From an uncultured Phycisphaerales bacterium (GTDB lineage: Bacteria > Planctomycetota > Phycisphaerae > Sedimentisphaerales > Anaerobacaceae), in assembly GCA_963772725.1 (NCBI GenBank), contig CAVYYI010000001.1, forward strand, positions 576,001 to 640,000: 64,000 nucleotides of DNA, given 5' to 3'. A program made the translations under genes and the position numbers. The notes beneath the pieces are model-generated. The model did not search any database. It saw nothing but the letters and a program-made list of their open reading frames with translations, and was not told where the DNA came from. Numbering within the stretch: position 1 is the first letter of the stretch; each line of letters begins with the position of its first letter. Below are positions 9,701 to 18,026 of the stretch, one piece after another.

Positions 9701-9837
9701 AGCGCCGTCAAAATAACCGTCAATATAAGTGCCGAACCTGATTCGTAATGTGTTGTGCGTGGTGCGTTGTGCGAACCAACTGCGCAATACGCGGTACGCA
9801 ATACGCACGACGATTTTTTTGCTCCAACCGTTTTCAT
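6757..9837 (-). CDS. Large PilX/GspK-like minor pilin or tip protein with FN3-like insert and HhH-like motif
   Basis: SG|SALILTVILTALLAIL prepilin-like N-terminus lacking Glu5, LNVNTA and GRININTAP motifs, TVRSDVFTAYI near C-terminus, ITLSW..VYFGT..YYWRVD..GDVWNFTT module. Confidence 0.7.
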   Translation of the reverse strand: MKTVGAKKSSCVLRTAYCAVGSHNAPRTTHYESGSALILTVILTALLAILGAMFLLSSRANRMSTSSIAVGKDLDLAVDTVIAQISTELVFDVPHNDPCRIKPEYYDYPGDADPWLASLEPNTNGSNIYFWPHISDIYLKLASQTNWKLQAIIKPEYQLSNEIGDSNLVMFYYADADGDGVTDSVWTEVPGMKTHKGERVYTAVRVVDNGGMLNVNTAYLFNPLDTERGNIDGRRQSQINLMALSARDMTHSDTQKVDRLWNARCPDANAYPASTYEEAVTWRYGTKPAGYYTPFDISDELKLRYRYMLNYNYGSNPHTRIEKLWTKFADWWLAKPLTDIALFASNSDYWFGHANNSSVNPDKYDYRHIATTYNIDRIIDAVGDRMVNINSSDLDANDLYHAKFLPCIDPCLPAAAKDILIREFAQAAANIRDYGDEDSNVSTVYAPGVGNFYGFESPCIYISELVCRVRKDPVDPNIIHRSYGIELRKQFGHEKFDDWKLIIGEPNDPSKRIVTVDDKVFAERGGRYFVQIWEDPAAELASTVKFSDSPDDGATGVDPDITLSWEQGWELDPNGIWVQPTYFNVYFGTDSNEVTNADSSSAVRVGNEQPWTSYKPSAPLNIDTTYYWRVDSLDADKSVLSKGDVWNFTTWLQEPNSIAGIIGPDDIVFGPDTSIMLTRNVPDKDGPGKNGDIIVDAIGPVQSGDILIPYWLIDANDPNEIPRSFQRDIHWKERVKRLWDIDGRRSNFVSLGSFNDLTYSNWYPAVTSIQPFQQHFNNIGEIGFVFKKSTYYEVPMPADRIQITDTEAQLRLDVENPTVQKLFQYLTVIDPNNHINDPNETRIKGRININTAPWFVIAQLPWVSQKVNELNYGLASAIISYRDKLNNVIDYSGGRTNATGIPLLREEPGFASIGELTTVINNSNQLVDMRYYALDKDDQKGFPDLNNDRRTKLDGVANDFEERDLIFARMSDLVTVRSDVFTAYILIRIGNDGPQRRVMAILDRSGVKLPSDKVKIVSLYQVPDPR
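9742..9810. repeat. Inverted heptamer arrays forming a hairpin in-frame in the prepilin leader
   Basis: TGTGTTG TGCGTGG TGCGTTG TGCGAA / CGCAATA CGCGGTA CGCAATA CGCACGA. Confidence 0.75.
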
Positions 9838-9861
9838 ATTCCACCTCTCTTTTCTTTTTTT

Positions 9862-9976
9862 GCCACAGAGGCCACAGAGAACACAGAGAAAAATAATTTT
9901 TGGCCACAGATTTCACTGATTTTTACTTTTTACTTTTTACTTTTTTTCAGTGTCATCTGTGTAATCTGTGATTAAA
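9862..9976. repeat. Stacked intergenic arrays: nonamer NNCACAGAG x3, inverted pair CACAGATTTCACTGA/TCAGTGTCATCTGTG enclosing heptamer TTTTTAC x3
   Basis: Read directly; 9947-9976 is 29/30 identical to 14654-14683. Confidence 0.8.
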
Positions 9977-9979
9977 TAT

Positions 9980-10948
9980 TTACTCTTTCAAATAAACAAT
10001 ATGCGTAAACGTCTTGCCGCCTTTTATAATGCCCTTTGAGTCATATATCGTAAACGTAAACCGCAGCGCTTTCGGCCAAGGCCAAACATTTGCATTGGCC
10101 GCGGGCCTCCATGCCGCCGTGTAATAATAATTCCCGCCGCTATCTAAGGTTCCTTTGTTGTAATATAAATTGTCATTTTCAATGGGATCAAGTGTTTTAT
10201 CAACACTGGCTTCTCTGCCGTACCATTTGATTATTTTATTCGCATTGTTTGGCGACGGTAAATTTGCGTCATATATAATAGTCGCTCCATCTATCGTCCA
10301 CTGGATAATCATCTCTCCGACATTTTCACACATCAGCCTCCTGACCTCATCAGGATACAAATTGGGCCTGACAAAGAAACTGTTGACATCGTCAACCACA
10401 TGGCTTAGCGTATTATCCGCCTTGAACCACGCAAAACTATAGGAAATATAATCCAGCGGTATAACCGGGTTTGGAACTTCGGGGGTCAGCAATGTAACAT
10501 CCCTTGCCAATTTCCACTGGCTCACATTAATTGACAGGGTCTCAAACGAATTGCGGTCGAGCCCAAAAGAAATACGTGCGATATTACTTCGATTTGGATC
10601 AAACCACGATTGATAATCTCCCGCACTGAAATAATACAGCCTGTCCGCTCGAACAAATATGCTTTGTGTGGAGTTTTTATATTCCAGCCTTTTGTCCGGC
10701 AATACCCTTGAATATAACAGCAGGAACCCGTCCTTGCACAGGCCGGAAAAGTCGCGGTTAAGCTGGTCGGTAATCGCACGCATCTTCTGCATAATCTCTG
10801 CTTCCGCGTTTGCCACGCGGTATGATTCAATGCTGACGTTGAAGATAATGCCAGTGAACGCAATTACCATCGCGAAAATCGCTACCGCCGTAACCAGCTC
10901 AATCAGCGTAAAACCACTCTTTTTATGACAGGATAACAGGATTAACAT
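9980..10948 (-). CDS. Prepilin-type N-terminal cleavage/methylation protein (PulJ/PilW-like)
   Basis: SG|FTLIELVTAVAIF; C-terminal WPKALRFTFTIYD. Confidence 0.85.
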   Translation of the reverse strand: MLILLSCHKKSGFTLIELVTAVAIFAMVIAFTGIIFNVSIESYRVANAEAEIMQKMRAITDQLNRDFSGLCKDGFLLLYSRVLPDKRLEYKNSTQSIFVRADRLYYFSAGDYQSWFDPNRSNIARISFGLDRNSFETLSINVSQWKLARDVTLLTPEVPNPVIPLDYISYSFAWFKADNTLSHVVDDVNSFFVRPNLYPDEVRRLMCENVGEMIIQWTIDGATIIYDANLPSPNNANKIIKWYGREASVDKTLDPIENDNLYYNKGTLDSGGNYYYTAAWRPAANANVWPWPKALRFTFTIYDSKGIIKGGKTFTHIVYLKE

Positions 10949-10960
10949 AATTTATTTTTC

Positions 10961-11022
10961 TTTTTGCTATTTACTTTTTAATTTTTACTTTTTTCTCTGT
11001 AACCTCTGTGTTCTCTGAGGCT
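10961..11022. repeat. Heptamer TTTTTNN array plus nonamer CTCTGTGNN x3
   Basis: TTTTTGC TATTTAC TTTTTAA TTTTTAC; CTCTGTAAC CTCTGTGTT CTCTGAGGC. Confidence 0.8.
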
Positions 11023-11025
11023 AAA

Positions 11026-11772
11026 TTAAAATCTTATCACTTTCTGAAATACTCCGATGCATGGATACTTGCTGCTGTTTAATCCCGGCGGCATAACCCA
11101 AATCTTGCTTGTTGGCGGGCCAGTCCACAGCTTATCCAACAGAATTATCCCGTCATTGGGCGACTTATATCGCTCTAAAACACGATATATCTGCCCGCTC
11201 AGATTATCTGCAATTGTATAGTTATCGTTAATCAGATTTCTATCGCCGACGTTGGTTATCGTAAGTTCATTACCTCCGGGCCCGAGCGTAATATCTACCG
11301 GAAACGGCATAGGCTTGTCTGCGTCATAAGTCCCTGTAAGCGGATTGATAAACTTCATTGCAGGATTTACCTTTCTGCTGACAAGAACTGTTACCTGCAC
11401 CTCGTTTGCGCTGATACTCCTGCAAAGCGCAGACCAGAAATATCTCTTCTTGGAAATATCAGTCCCCGTGGCGTGGTTAGCCGATGGATAGCAGAATTCA
11501 CTGAAGTCAACAGGTACTACGGAAGAGACCGCTTCAAAAGGAACAAGCGGGCCTCCGGGAGGAAGACTCGGCTGATTTACGTCAAGCAGTTGTATTTTCG
11601 CGAACGCCTCATCCGCCGCCGCTGCCGCTGTTGTCCGCTCCGAGGCTATCGTCGTGAAATAAATTGCCGCCGGGAACGTTCCCGCTATGAAAATCAGTCC
11701 CACAGCCAGTATCCCGACTGCCATCAGAACCTCGGTCAGCGAAAATCCTTTATTTATTCGTTTCATTTTCAT
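11026..11772 (-). CDS. Prepilin-type protein (PilV/PulI-like)
   Basis: KG|FSLTEVLMAVGIL. Confidence 0.85.
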   Translation of the reverse strand: MKMKRINKGFSLTEVLMAVGILAVGLIFIAGTFPAAIYFTTIASERTTAAAAADEAFAKIQLLDVNQPSLPPGGPLVPFEAVSSVVPVDFSEFCYPSANHATGTDISKKRYFWSALCRSISANEVQVTVLVSRKVNPAMKFINPLTGTYDADKPMPFPVDITLGPGGNELTITNVGDRNLINDNYTIADNLSGQIYRVLERYKSPNDGIILLDKLWTGPPTSKIWVMPPGLNSSKYPCIGVFQKVIRF

Positions 11773-11782
11773 TTTTTTCTTT

Positions 11783-11842
11783 CACCACCAAGCCACTAAG
11801 TTTTTAATAATTTTTTTTCTTCGTGCCTTCGTGGTTGCCTTT
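11783..11842. repeat. Inverted octamer pair CACCACCAAGCCACTAAG / CTTCGTGCCTTCGTGGTTGCCTTT
   Basis: Imperfect hairpin filling the intergenic spacer; same family recurs at 14505-14729. Confidence 0.7.
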
Positions 11843-12612
11843 TACTTATTCACAATTGTCCCTGTATAAGGATTCACATAAACCGCGTTTGGAACAATGC
11901 TGTACAAATATCCGGAATATGCCGTGCCGTTATCATAAGCCTTTTTGAATTTATCCTTTTCATAAATAATAAAACTGTTACGGCTTGATTCCTGGTCTAA
12001 TCCATAATTAGGAGTGACATAATAATCATCCTGATAAAATTTCCCTATGCCGGCATCTACCTGTGCTTGTTTATTGAAAACAGTATCATAACTTATGCCA
12101 CTGCCACATCCATCTTTGTTCCTTACACGCACCAGATGTTTAACCATATTACCCGAAGGTGAAAAAACAATTGAAAACGTGGTAGTATCGGTAACCTGCC
12201 ATGCAGCGGAAATGTCGCCGTCTAATATGATGAGTCTATCGGCGTTACTGCCCAGTCTTAAATCCATTACGCGAATATTCTCCGGCAGTTTTATCGGCGT
12301 AACATTATCAACCGCCCGAAAACCATTTTCCAAACGCGTCATGTCATGATCGTATATAATCGCAATCATATATTGATTGCCTGTCGAATCCTGCTGGAAC
12401 CGGATGCCCGCGTAACGCTGTTCTTTGGCCGCTATTGCCCGCGCGGACGCCATTGCTGCTCCAATCATAGTCTTTACGTTATCTACCGACGTGAACGAAT
12501 CCATAAGCGAACGAATCGCCGGCATCGTCAGGCCTGCAATCAGCGCAATTATAGCGATAACTATCGTTATCTCTATCAGCGTCATCCCGGATTGTTTACG
12601 TTTCATTCTCAT
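11842..12612 (-). CDS. Prepilin-type protein (FimT/PulH-like)
   Basis: SG|MTLIEITIVIAII; ARAIAAKEQRYAGIRF; C-terminal YVNPYTG. Confidence 0.85.
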   Translation of the reverse strand: MRMKRKQSGMTLIEITIVIAIIALIAGLTMPAIRSLMDSFTSVDNVKTMIGAAMASARAIAAKEQRYAGIRFQQDSTGNQYMIAIIYDHDMTRLENGFRAVDNVTPIKLPENIRVMDLRLGSNADRLIILDGDISAAWQVTDTTTFSIVFSPSGNMVKHLVRVRNKDGCGSGISYDTVFNKQAQVDAGIGKFYQDDYYVTPNYGLDQESSRNSFIIYEKDKFKKAYDNGTAYSGYLYSIVPNAVYVNPYTGTIVNK

Positions 12613-12625
12613 TTTTTTTCTTTTA

Positions 12626-12766
12626 GCCACAGAGGTCACAGAGTTCACAGAGATAATTATCCGCAGATTCACACAGATTCCCGCAGATTATTCTGTCTTG
12701 GGTCTGGAGTCTTATGTCTTAGGTCTTTTACCTTCTGCATTCTGAGTTCTGTGTTCTATATTCTTT
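12626..12766. repeat. Four different repeat arrays in tandem (9-mer, 10-mer, two 7-mers)
   Basis: GCCACAGAG GTCACAGAG TTCACAGAG; CCGCAGATTC ACACAGATTC CCGCAGATT; TGTCTTG GGTCTGG AGTCTTA TGTCTTA GGTCTTT; CTTCTGC ATTCTGA GTTCTGT GTTCTAT ATTCTTT. Confidence 0.85.
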
Positions 12767-13451
12767 ATTTACTTGTTATATCATCCGGCGTGCCGAAAAC
12801 CTTGTCCTGCCCGGCGGATGTTACCAATGGGAAATTCCTTCTGACCCATATATTGTTCACGGCATCATAATAAAAATAGCTGTATCGCAGCGTCGTTCCC
12901 CACGCGTCCACTATCCGCATCCACGGATAACCTTGGCCGTTAATAAGAATCGTGCCGTTGGCGATTATCTGAGAGCGGTCAATCCTGCCAAGCGTCTCTC
13001 TGCTCGTCGGAACCCTGCTCAAAAACAGGTACATCATCTCACAACTGTAAAGAGTCGTATCAGTATTATTTGCGCCGCTAAACGATACTATCGTTGGAAT
13101 TGTTGTTGTAAGGGCGTTCTGCAGCGTATTTTGAAGATTAAATATGCCGGGAGTTGTTATGGTCAGAGAGCAGCCTGTATCATCCAGCGGAAATTTCAGA
13201 CCGTCATAATTACCATAATACTGATACCCGTAATCCTTGAACTGCTCCAGCGCCGCGGTAACAATTCCTATCGTGCTTTCGGTGAGCTGCTCTTTACCCT
13301 TGTTGACAAGCCGCATCGCCGTCGTAACGACAATCGACATCAAAATCGTTATCACCGCGACTACGACTATCATCTCTACCAGCGTAAACGCCTTGACAGT
13401 TCGCAATTTATAACTTGTTATCCGTTGCAGAGTTTTCATTTTTTGTTCCAT
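12765..13451 (-). CDS. Prepilin/pseudopilin with GspG-type C-terminus
   Basis: KA|FTLVEMIVVVAVI; DAWGTTLRY..SAGQDKVFGTPDDI. Confidence 0.85.
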   Translation of the reverse strand: MEQKMKTLQRITSYKLRTVKAFTLVEMIVVVAVITILMSIVVTTAMRLVNKGKEQLTESTIGIVTAALEQFKDYGYQYYGNYDGLKFPLDDTGCSLTITTPGIFNLQNTLQNALTTTIPTIVSFSGANNTDTTLYSCEMMYLFLSRVPTSRETLGRIDRSQIIANGTILINGQGYPWMRIVDAWGTTLRYSYFYYDAVNNIWVRRNFPLVTSAGQDKVFGTPDDITSK

Positions 13452-13454
13452 CAC

Positions 13455-13534
13455 AATCGCCAATCGAAAATCGGCAATCGGAAAATATTTTTAATCCCAA
13501 ATCTAAAATCCAAAATTCCTTGATGGTTGCCTTT
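13455..13534. repeat. Solo AATCG heptamer array plus AATCCAA array plus TGGTTGCCTTT end motif
   Basis: AATCGCC AATCGAA AATCGGC AATCGGA; AATCCCA AATCTAA AATCCAA; same unit as the flanks of 6349-6702. Confidence 0.8.
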
Positions 13535-14478
13535 TAATTACCGAAATTCGTAATATCATCCGATGTCCCGTACAGCCCATCAGGCCCAGCCGTTATCAGC
13601 AGATATGAATCCGGCCTGTGCGGCCATGGCGGCACTGTAGCCGCATTACTCGGATTACTTATTTTTGAGTTTATTATTCCGTAATTGAAATCATAATCAT
13701 AAAAATGTGGATAAAGGTTCCCGTCTTGACCAAAGCTATGAAGTCGGCCTGTCGTGTCGGGTGCGCCTGTGCTTGTTATTGGTCCTAAATCATAAATGGG
13801 TGCGTTATCACGGGCGTCGTAAATCAATTCTCCTAAACTGCTTACTATATGACTGGTATCCAGCGTTTTACTTGCGGTGTTCGCTTTATAGTAAAGTATC
13901 GGTGTGCCTGCCTTAACAGTTTTATTGCCTTGATTTATTTTTCTAACGCCATATATATCGCAAAGCACAAATGTGTTAGGATTCATTGATGGATTATAGT
14001 TGTTATACAAACCGTCCTGCGTGGTTAAATTGTTGCAAATCTTAAAAGCGTTAGCGGTTGTAAGTTCAATATAAAGTCCTTTCCTTTCATACAGGGAATC
14101 CGTACCTCTCATCTTCGGTATGGGGTCATATGTAAGAGGTCCGTTGTTGTTATCTTTTCCGTCACCTCTCCATGCGGTATTAGGATGAAAACCCATCAAA
14201 TCCCAGCCTAAAATCGCCTCACAGAGTTTCTGTGATCCGCAATAAAGCCCCCCCTGTGGACTAGGCAAATTCAACGATGAAGAGGGGTAATCACCGTAGT
14301 CGTTCCGAAAAGCTGTCAGGCCCATAGCGATAGTCGCAAGCTGCGCCTTCTGCTTTGTCTTTTTGGCCGCATCGTTAATCATCTTGAGCGCAGGTATCAG
14401 GATACCCGTTAAGATAGCGATTATCGCTATTACCGTCAGCAGCTCAACTATCGTAAATGCTTTTCTTTGCCGTTTCAC
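13534..14478 (-). CDS. Large pseudopilin with GspG-type C-terminus (paralog of 15747-16685)
   Basis: KA|FTIVELLTVIAII; PILYYKAN; SYLLITAGPDGLYGTSDDITNF. Confidence 0.85.
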   Translation of the reverse strand: MKRQRKAFTIVELLTVIAIIAILTGILIPALKMINDAAKKTKQKAQLATIAMGLTAFRNDYGDYPSSSLNLPSPQGGLYCGSQKLCEAILGWDLMGFHPNTAWRGDGKDNNNGPLTYDPIPKMRGTDSLYERKGLYIELTTANAFKICNNLTTQDGLYNNYNPSMNPNTFVLCDIYGVRKINQGNKTVKAGTPILYYKANTASKTLDTSHIVSSLGELIYDARDNAPIYDLGPITSTGAPDTTGRLHSFGQDGNLYPHFYDYDFNYGIINSKISNPSNAATVPPWPHRPDSYLLITAGPDGLYGTSDDITNFGN

Positions 14479-14504
14479 TTTAAGCCCCTTTCTTTTAATT
14501 TTTT

Positions 14505-14729
14505 CACCACTTCTTCGACTTCGCTCATAACGGTGAGCCTGTCGAACCGTAAGACACTAAGTTTTTTAAACACTGATTGCCTGCCTTTGGCGGGATTTCA
14601 CTGTTTTTTATTTACAATTTTTACTTTTTGCTTTTTAATATTTACTTTCTTATTCAGTGTCATCTGTGTAATCCGTGATTAAACATATTCTTTTTTTCTT
14701 CGTGCCTTTGTGTCTTCGTGGTTGCCTTT
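14505..14729. repeat. Nested composite of five repeat/palindrome families
   Basis: Octamer pair outside, decamer pair inside, heptamer core, plus two palindromes (14514-14546; 14580-14594) interrupting the left arms. Confidence 0.8.
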
Positions 14730-14742
14730 CAATCCAAAATTG

Positions 14743-15692
14743 TTACGGTTCGTACAGCCAGCTTTCACGCAGCCATTCATTCATCAGCGTAACAATATCC
14801 TCATCCTCGCCGCTGGTCCATTTTTCCGCGAATATCGCGAAATCGTAAAAATCAACTATCCCGTCATTATTGAGGTCGTAGTACAGCAGCATATCGTCAT
14901 CATCGAGATAATTGGTCTTCCAGTCGTCCGCCATAAGCGAAAAATCCTTGAAGTCAATCACACCGTCCGGGGCGATGTCGTAAGGCTGATAATTTGTCAG
15001 CCAGTGATTTAGAGCCTGGCCAAATCGAGCCAGTCTGCCTTGCAGTCGTGGTCAAAATCGCCCATAGGATAATCGAATCCATTGCAGTCGCAGTGCGTAT
15101 CGAACCGGATAAAATCGCATCTTGCGATATAGAAAATATAAGATGCCCACTGCTGTTTCTGATTGGCTCGCATACCTAAGATAAACTTATGCACTTTTCC
15201 GTCCTTGAACTGGCTGAATCTACTTTCATTAACGTCCACAGAACCTTCATAATTGCCTTTTTCCGGCAGCGAATTAGAATCCCATACATAAATATTGTCT
15301 ATCTTTATAAATGCGCTGAACAGGTTCGGGTCCCAGTTGACGTTTAGCCAGTCGGTCCGGAGTTTAAGATTAAACATAATATGATTGACATCGGTCAGAT
15401 ATATGTCCTTCTGTGCGATTGTTATCATATCATTCACCTCAAATTTGCTGTATGCGTCAGAATATAGTGTAATCGAATGTGTCCCATCCACTGCCCATTC
15501 TTTGCCGATATATCCGTAAAAATTATCAGGCACATTGACTTCGTCCCATTTCTGCGGCGCTTTATCTAAAATATCCTGGTCTGTATTCCAGCCGTCATTC
15601 TCAAAACTGCCATTCAGTATTACACTTACCTTTCCATACGCCAAACCGCTCAGCGTCAGCATCGCCGCTAAAATCAAAACCGCCTTCCTCAT
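14743..15692 (-). CDS. Secreted protein with C-terminal dockerin-like Ca-binding repeats (frameshift near 15010)
   Basis: Signal peptide; LNGSFE; GDFDHDCKADWLDL, DIAPDGVIDFKDF, DLNNDGIVDFYDF across two frames. Confidence 0.7.
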
Positions 15693-15714
15693 TTTAGTCT
15701 CCCTCTTTCTGCAG

Positions 15715-15735
15715 ACTACCTTCTACATTCTTTCT
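15715..15735. repeat. Short heptamer array CTACCTT CTACATT CTTTCT
   Basis: Three imperfect 7-mers in the spacer. Confidence 0.45.
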
Positions 15736-15746
15736 TTGGTTTTTTC

Positions 15747-16685
15747 CTATTCTTTGAAATTATATATGTCGTCGCTCGTGCCGTACAATCCATCAAATCC
15801 CGCGGATAAAAGTAAATATGAATCCGACATCCAAGGCCTTGTAACAGTTGTTATATTGTTGTTTATGGTTGCCTGATAAAATAACCTTGGACCATTTGGA
15901 GGAATTGGCGTAGCGGTTGATGACATGGGGTGCATTCCTGTTGCCTGCTGTGGTACGCCTAACTGAATCAACTGGTCATTATCCTGCCAGTGGTAAATAT
16001 CATTAGATGAATATGCCGGGTTTCCAAAATTATTTGGGTCATGCCTTATGCCAGTCTTATTTGCCTTATAGTAAAGTATTGGCATACCAATTTGCTTACC
16101 AGTAACCCTGTTTCTGGCATTTGGAAAAACATCACACAAAACCATCTCACTGGCAAGAGTATCCTGATTACTCTGATAACGAAATATCGGATCAAGTCCT
16201 ACTGGATTAGGACTGTAATAGAAATCGCAGATTCGGTTCGCATTGGCATTTTCAAGCTCAAGATAAGGGCCTTGTCTATTGCTTAAGTTATTAGTGGTCG
16301 GATTTATCGGATACAATTGATTGTTGGGTCCCAGAGCTGCTCCATCTATTGTTCCATTTCTCCAGAAACTTGAATTTGGATTAAATCCAAGTTTATCCTG
16401 CCCCAGCATCGCTTCTGCCAGTTTCATAGCTCCGCAATAAGCATTTCCACCTGGGTCAGTTGCGCTGGAATCCGGATACCCCTCATTTTGCGAATTGAAA
16501 AGCTCCATCGCCGTGCTTATACTGTGAAACTGTGCATGCTGTTTTACCGTTTTTGCGTATCGCCTGACCTTACTCAACGCCGGCAGCACAAGGCCTATTA
16601 ATATCACAATAATGCTCATTACAGTCAGCAGCTCCATAATACTGAACGCCGTTTTCTTTCCGTTTTGTTTAACACTCGACCTCAT
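15747..16685 (-). CDS. Large pseudopilin with GspG-type C-terminus
   Basis: TA|FSIMELLTVMSII; PILYYKAN; SYLLLSAGFDGLYGTSDDIYNF. Confidence 0.85.
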   Translation of the reverse strand: MRSSVKQNGKKTAFSIMELLTVMSIIVILIGLVLPALSKVRRYAKTVKQHAQFHSISTAMELFNSQNEGYPDSSATDPGGNAYCGAMKLAEAMLGQDKLGFNPNSSFWRNGTIDGAALGPNNQLYPINPTTNNLSNRQGPYLELENANANRICDFYYSPNPVGLDPIFRYQSNQDTLASEMVLCDVFPNARNRVTGKQIGMPILYYKANKTGIRHDPNNFGNPAYSSNDIYHWQDNDQLIQLGVPQQATGMHPMSSTATPIPPNGPRLFYQATINNNITTVTRPWMSDSYLLLSAGFDGLYGTSDDIYNFKE

Positions 16686-16720
16686 TTTAATTCCCCTTAA
16701 TAATTTAAGTTTCGCAAATT

Positions 16721-17974
16721 TTAATTCGATTGACTGCTTAAGCTTGTGATAACCTGCACCATTGGCAAAAACACCGCCAGCACGATTGTCATAACGATAC
16801 AGCCGAGCACAACAATCATTATCGGCTCTAACATCGACATCAGGGACGCCACCATAACGTCAACCTGCTCATCGTAATTGTCCGCGACTTTCAAAAGCAT
16901 CTTATCCAAATCGCCCGTTTCTTCGCCAACCGCCACCATGTTCGTTACAATCAGGTCAACGGTTTTGGACTTTTTCAAAGGCTCAGCAAAACTTTCACCC
17001 TGCCTGATTGAGTTGTGAACCTTGCCAAGCATATCCGAGAACACCTCGTTGCCCGCTGTTTCTTTCGATGTGTTAATCGCGTCCAGAATCGGCACGCCCG
17101 CGCCGATTAATGTCCCAAGTGTCCTGGTCCATCGTGTAACGGAAACTTTATTGGTCAGCGGACCTATAACGGGAATACGAAGTTTTATCATATCGAGAAT
17201 AAGCCTGCCTATACGGAACTTGCGTACTATTTTCAGCAGGAAGATTATCGCGAACGGTGTTCCTATGAGATATGCCCAGCCCCATCTGTATGCTATCCAG
17301 TCGCTTATTCCAAGCACAGTCGTTGTTATGACGTTAAGCTTGCTTTCGCCTACCATTTCATAAAGTACCGTCTTAAACGTTGGTATGACGAATTTCATCA
17401 GCAAAAGCAAAATAGTAAATGCCGCGCCCAAAACAACAATCGGGTAAACCATCGCGCTTTTGACACGGGCTTTAAGTTTTTGCGCCTTTTCCATAAAGTC
17501 CGCGACACGCGCAAGGATAAGGTCCAGCACACCGCCCGTCTCGCCAGCCGCCACCATTCCAACCGTCAGCCGGTCAAATGCGCGAGGGTACTTGCCCATC
17601 GCTTCCGACAGAGTCGCTCCGCCTTCGATATCGTCCGCAACATATCCTATAATTCGCTTGAACGAGCCGCCTTTTTGCTGCTGCTCAAGAATCCTCAGCG
17701 ACCGCAGGATAGGCAAACCAGCATCCTGAAGTGTTGACAACTGACGGGCAAATTGTGTCAGCAGTTTTACCTTGACCTTGCCGTTGGAGCCGCGCCTTGT
17801 TTTGGGCTTGGCTTTGACGACAGCCTTCTTTGCCGCTCCGTCCTCGCTGACCTTTGTCGGGAAATAACCCAGATTGCGTATCTTGCTTATCGCCTCTTTC
17901 TGGCTCAGAGCTTCTATCTCGTCTTTTATTGCTACGCCCTGCGAATCCAGCGCTTCGTACTTGAACACAGGCAT
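16721..17974 (-). CDS. pilC: Type IV pilus/T2SS inner-membrane platform protein PilC/GspF
   Basis: FARQLSTLQDAGLPILRSL, AGETGGVLD, second T2SSF repeat GEETGDLD. Confidence 0.92.
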   Translation of the reverse strand: MPVFKYEALDSQGVAIKDEIEALSQKEAISKIRNLGYFPTKVSEDGAAKKAVVKAKPKTRRGSNGKVKVKLLTQFARQLSTLQDAGLPILRSLRILEQQQKGGSFKRIIGYVADDIEGGATLSEAMGKYPRAFDRLTVGMVAAGETGGVLDLILARVADFMEKAQKLKARVKSAMVYPIVVLGAAFTILLLLMKFVIPTFKTVLYEMVGESKLNVITTTVLGISDWIAYRWGWAYLIGTPFAIIFLLKIVRKFRIGRLILDMIKLRIPVIGPLTNKVSVTRWTRTLGTLIGAGVPILDAINTSKETAGNEVFSDMLGKVHNSIRQGESFAEPLKKSKTVDLIVTNMVAVGEETGDLDKMLLKVADNYDEQVDVMVASLMSMLEPIMIVVLGCIVMTIVLAVFLPMVQVITSLSSQSN

Positions 17975-18026
17975 ATCAAATCCTCCTGTCTATTTACTCT
18001 CAAACTATTTTTAACTTTTTTATTTC

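Noticed and set aside
9862..14729. CRISPR array interpretation of the intergenic repeats
   Set aside because: Units are 7-10 nt, tandem and degenerate, with no unique spacers and no cas genes
11832..14729. Integron attC sites after pilin genes
   Set aside because: AGGCAAC does not fit RYYYAAC, there is no paired GTTRRRY with L boxes, and neither recombinase shows an IntI-type insertion
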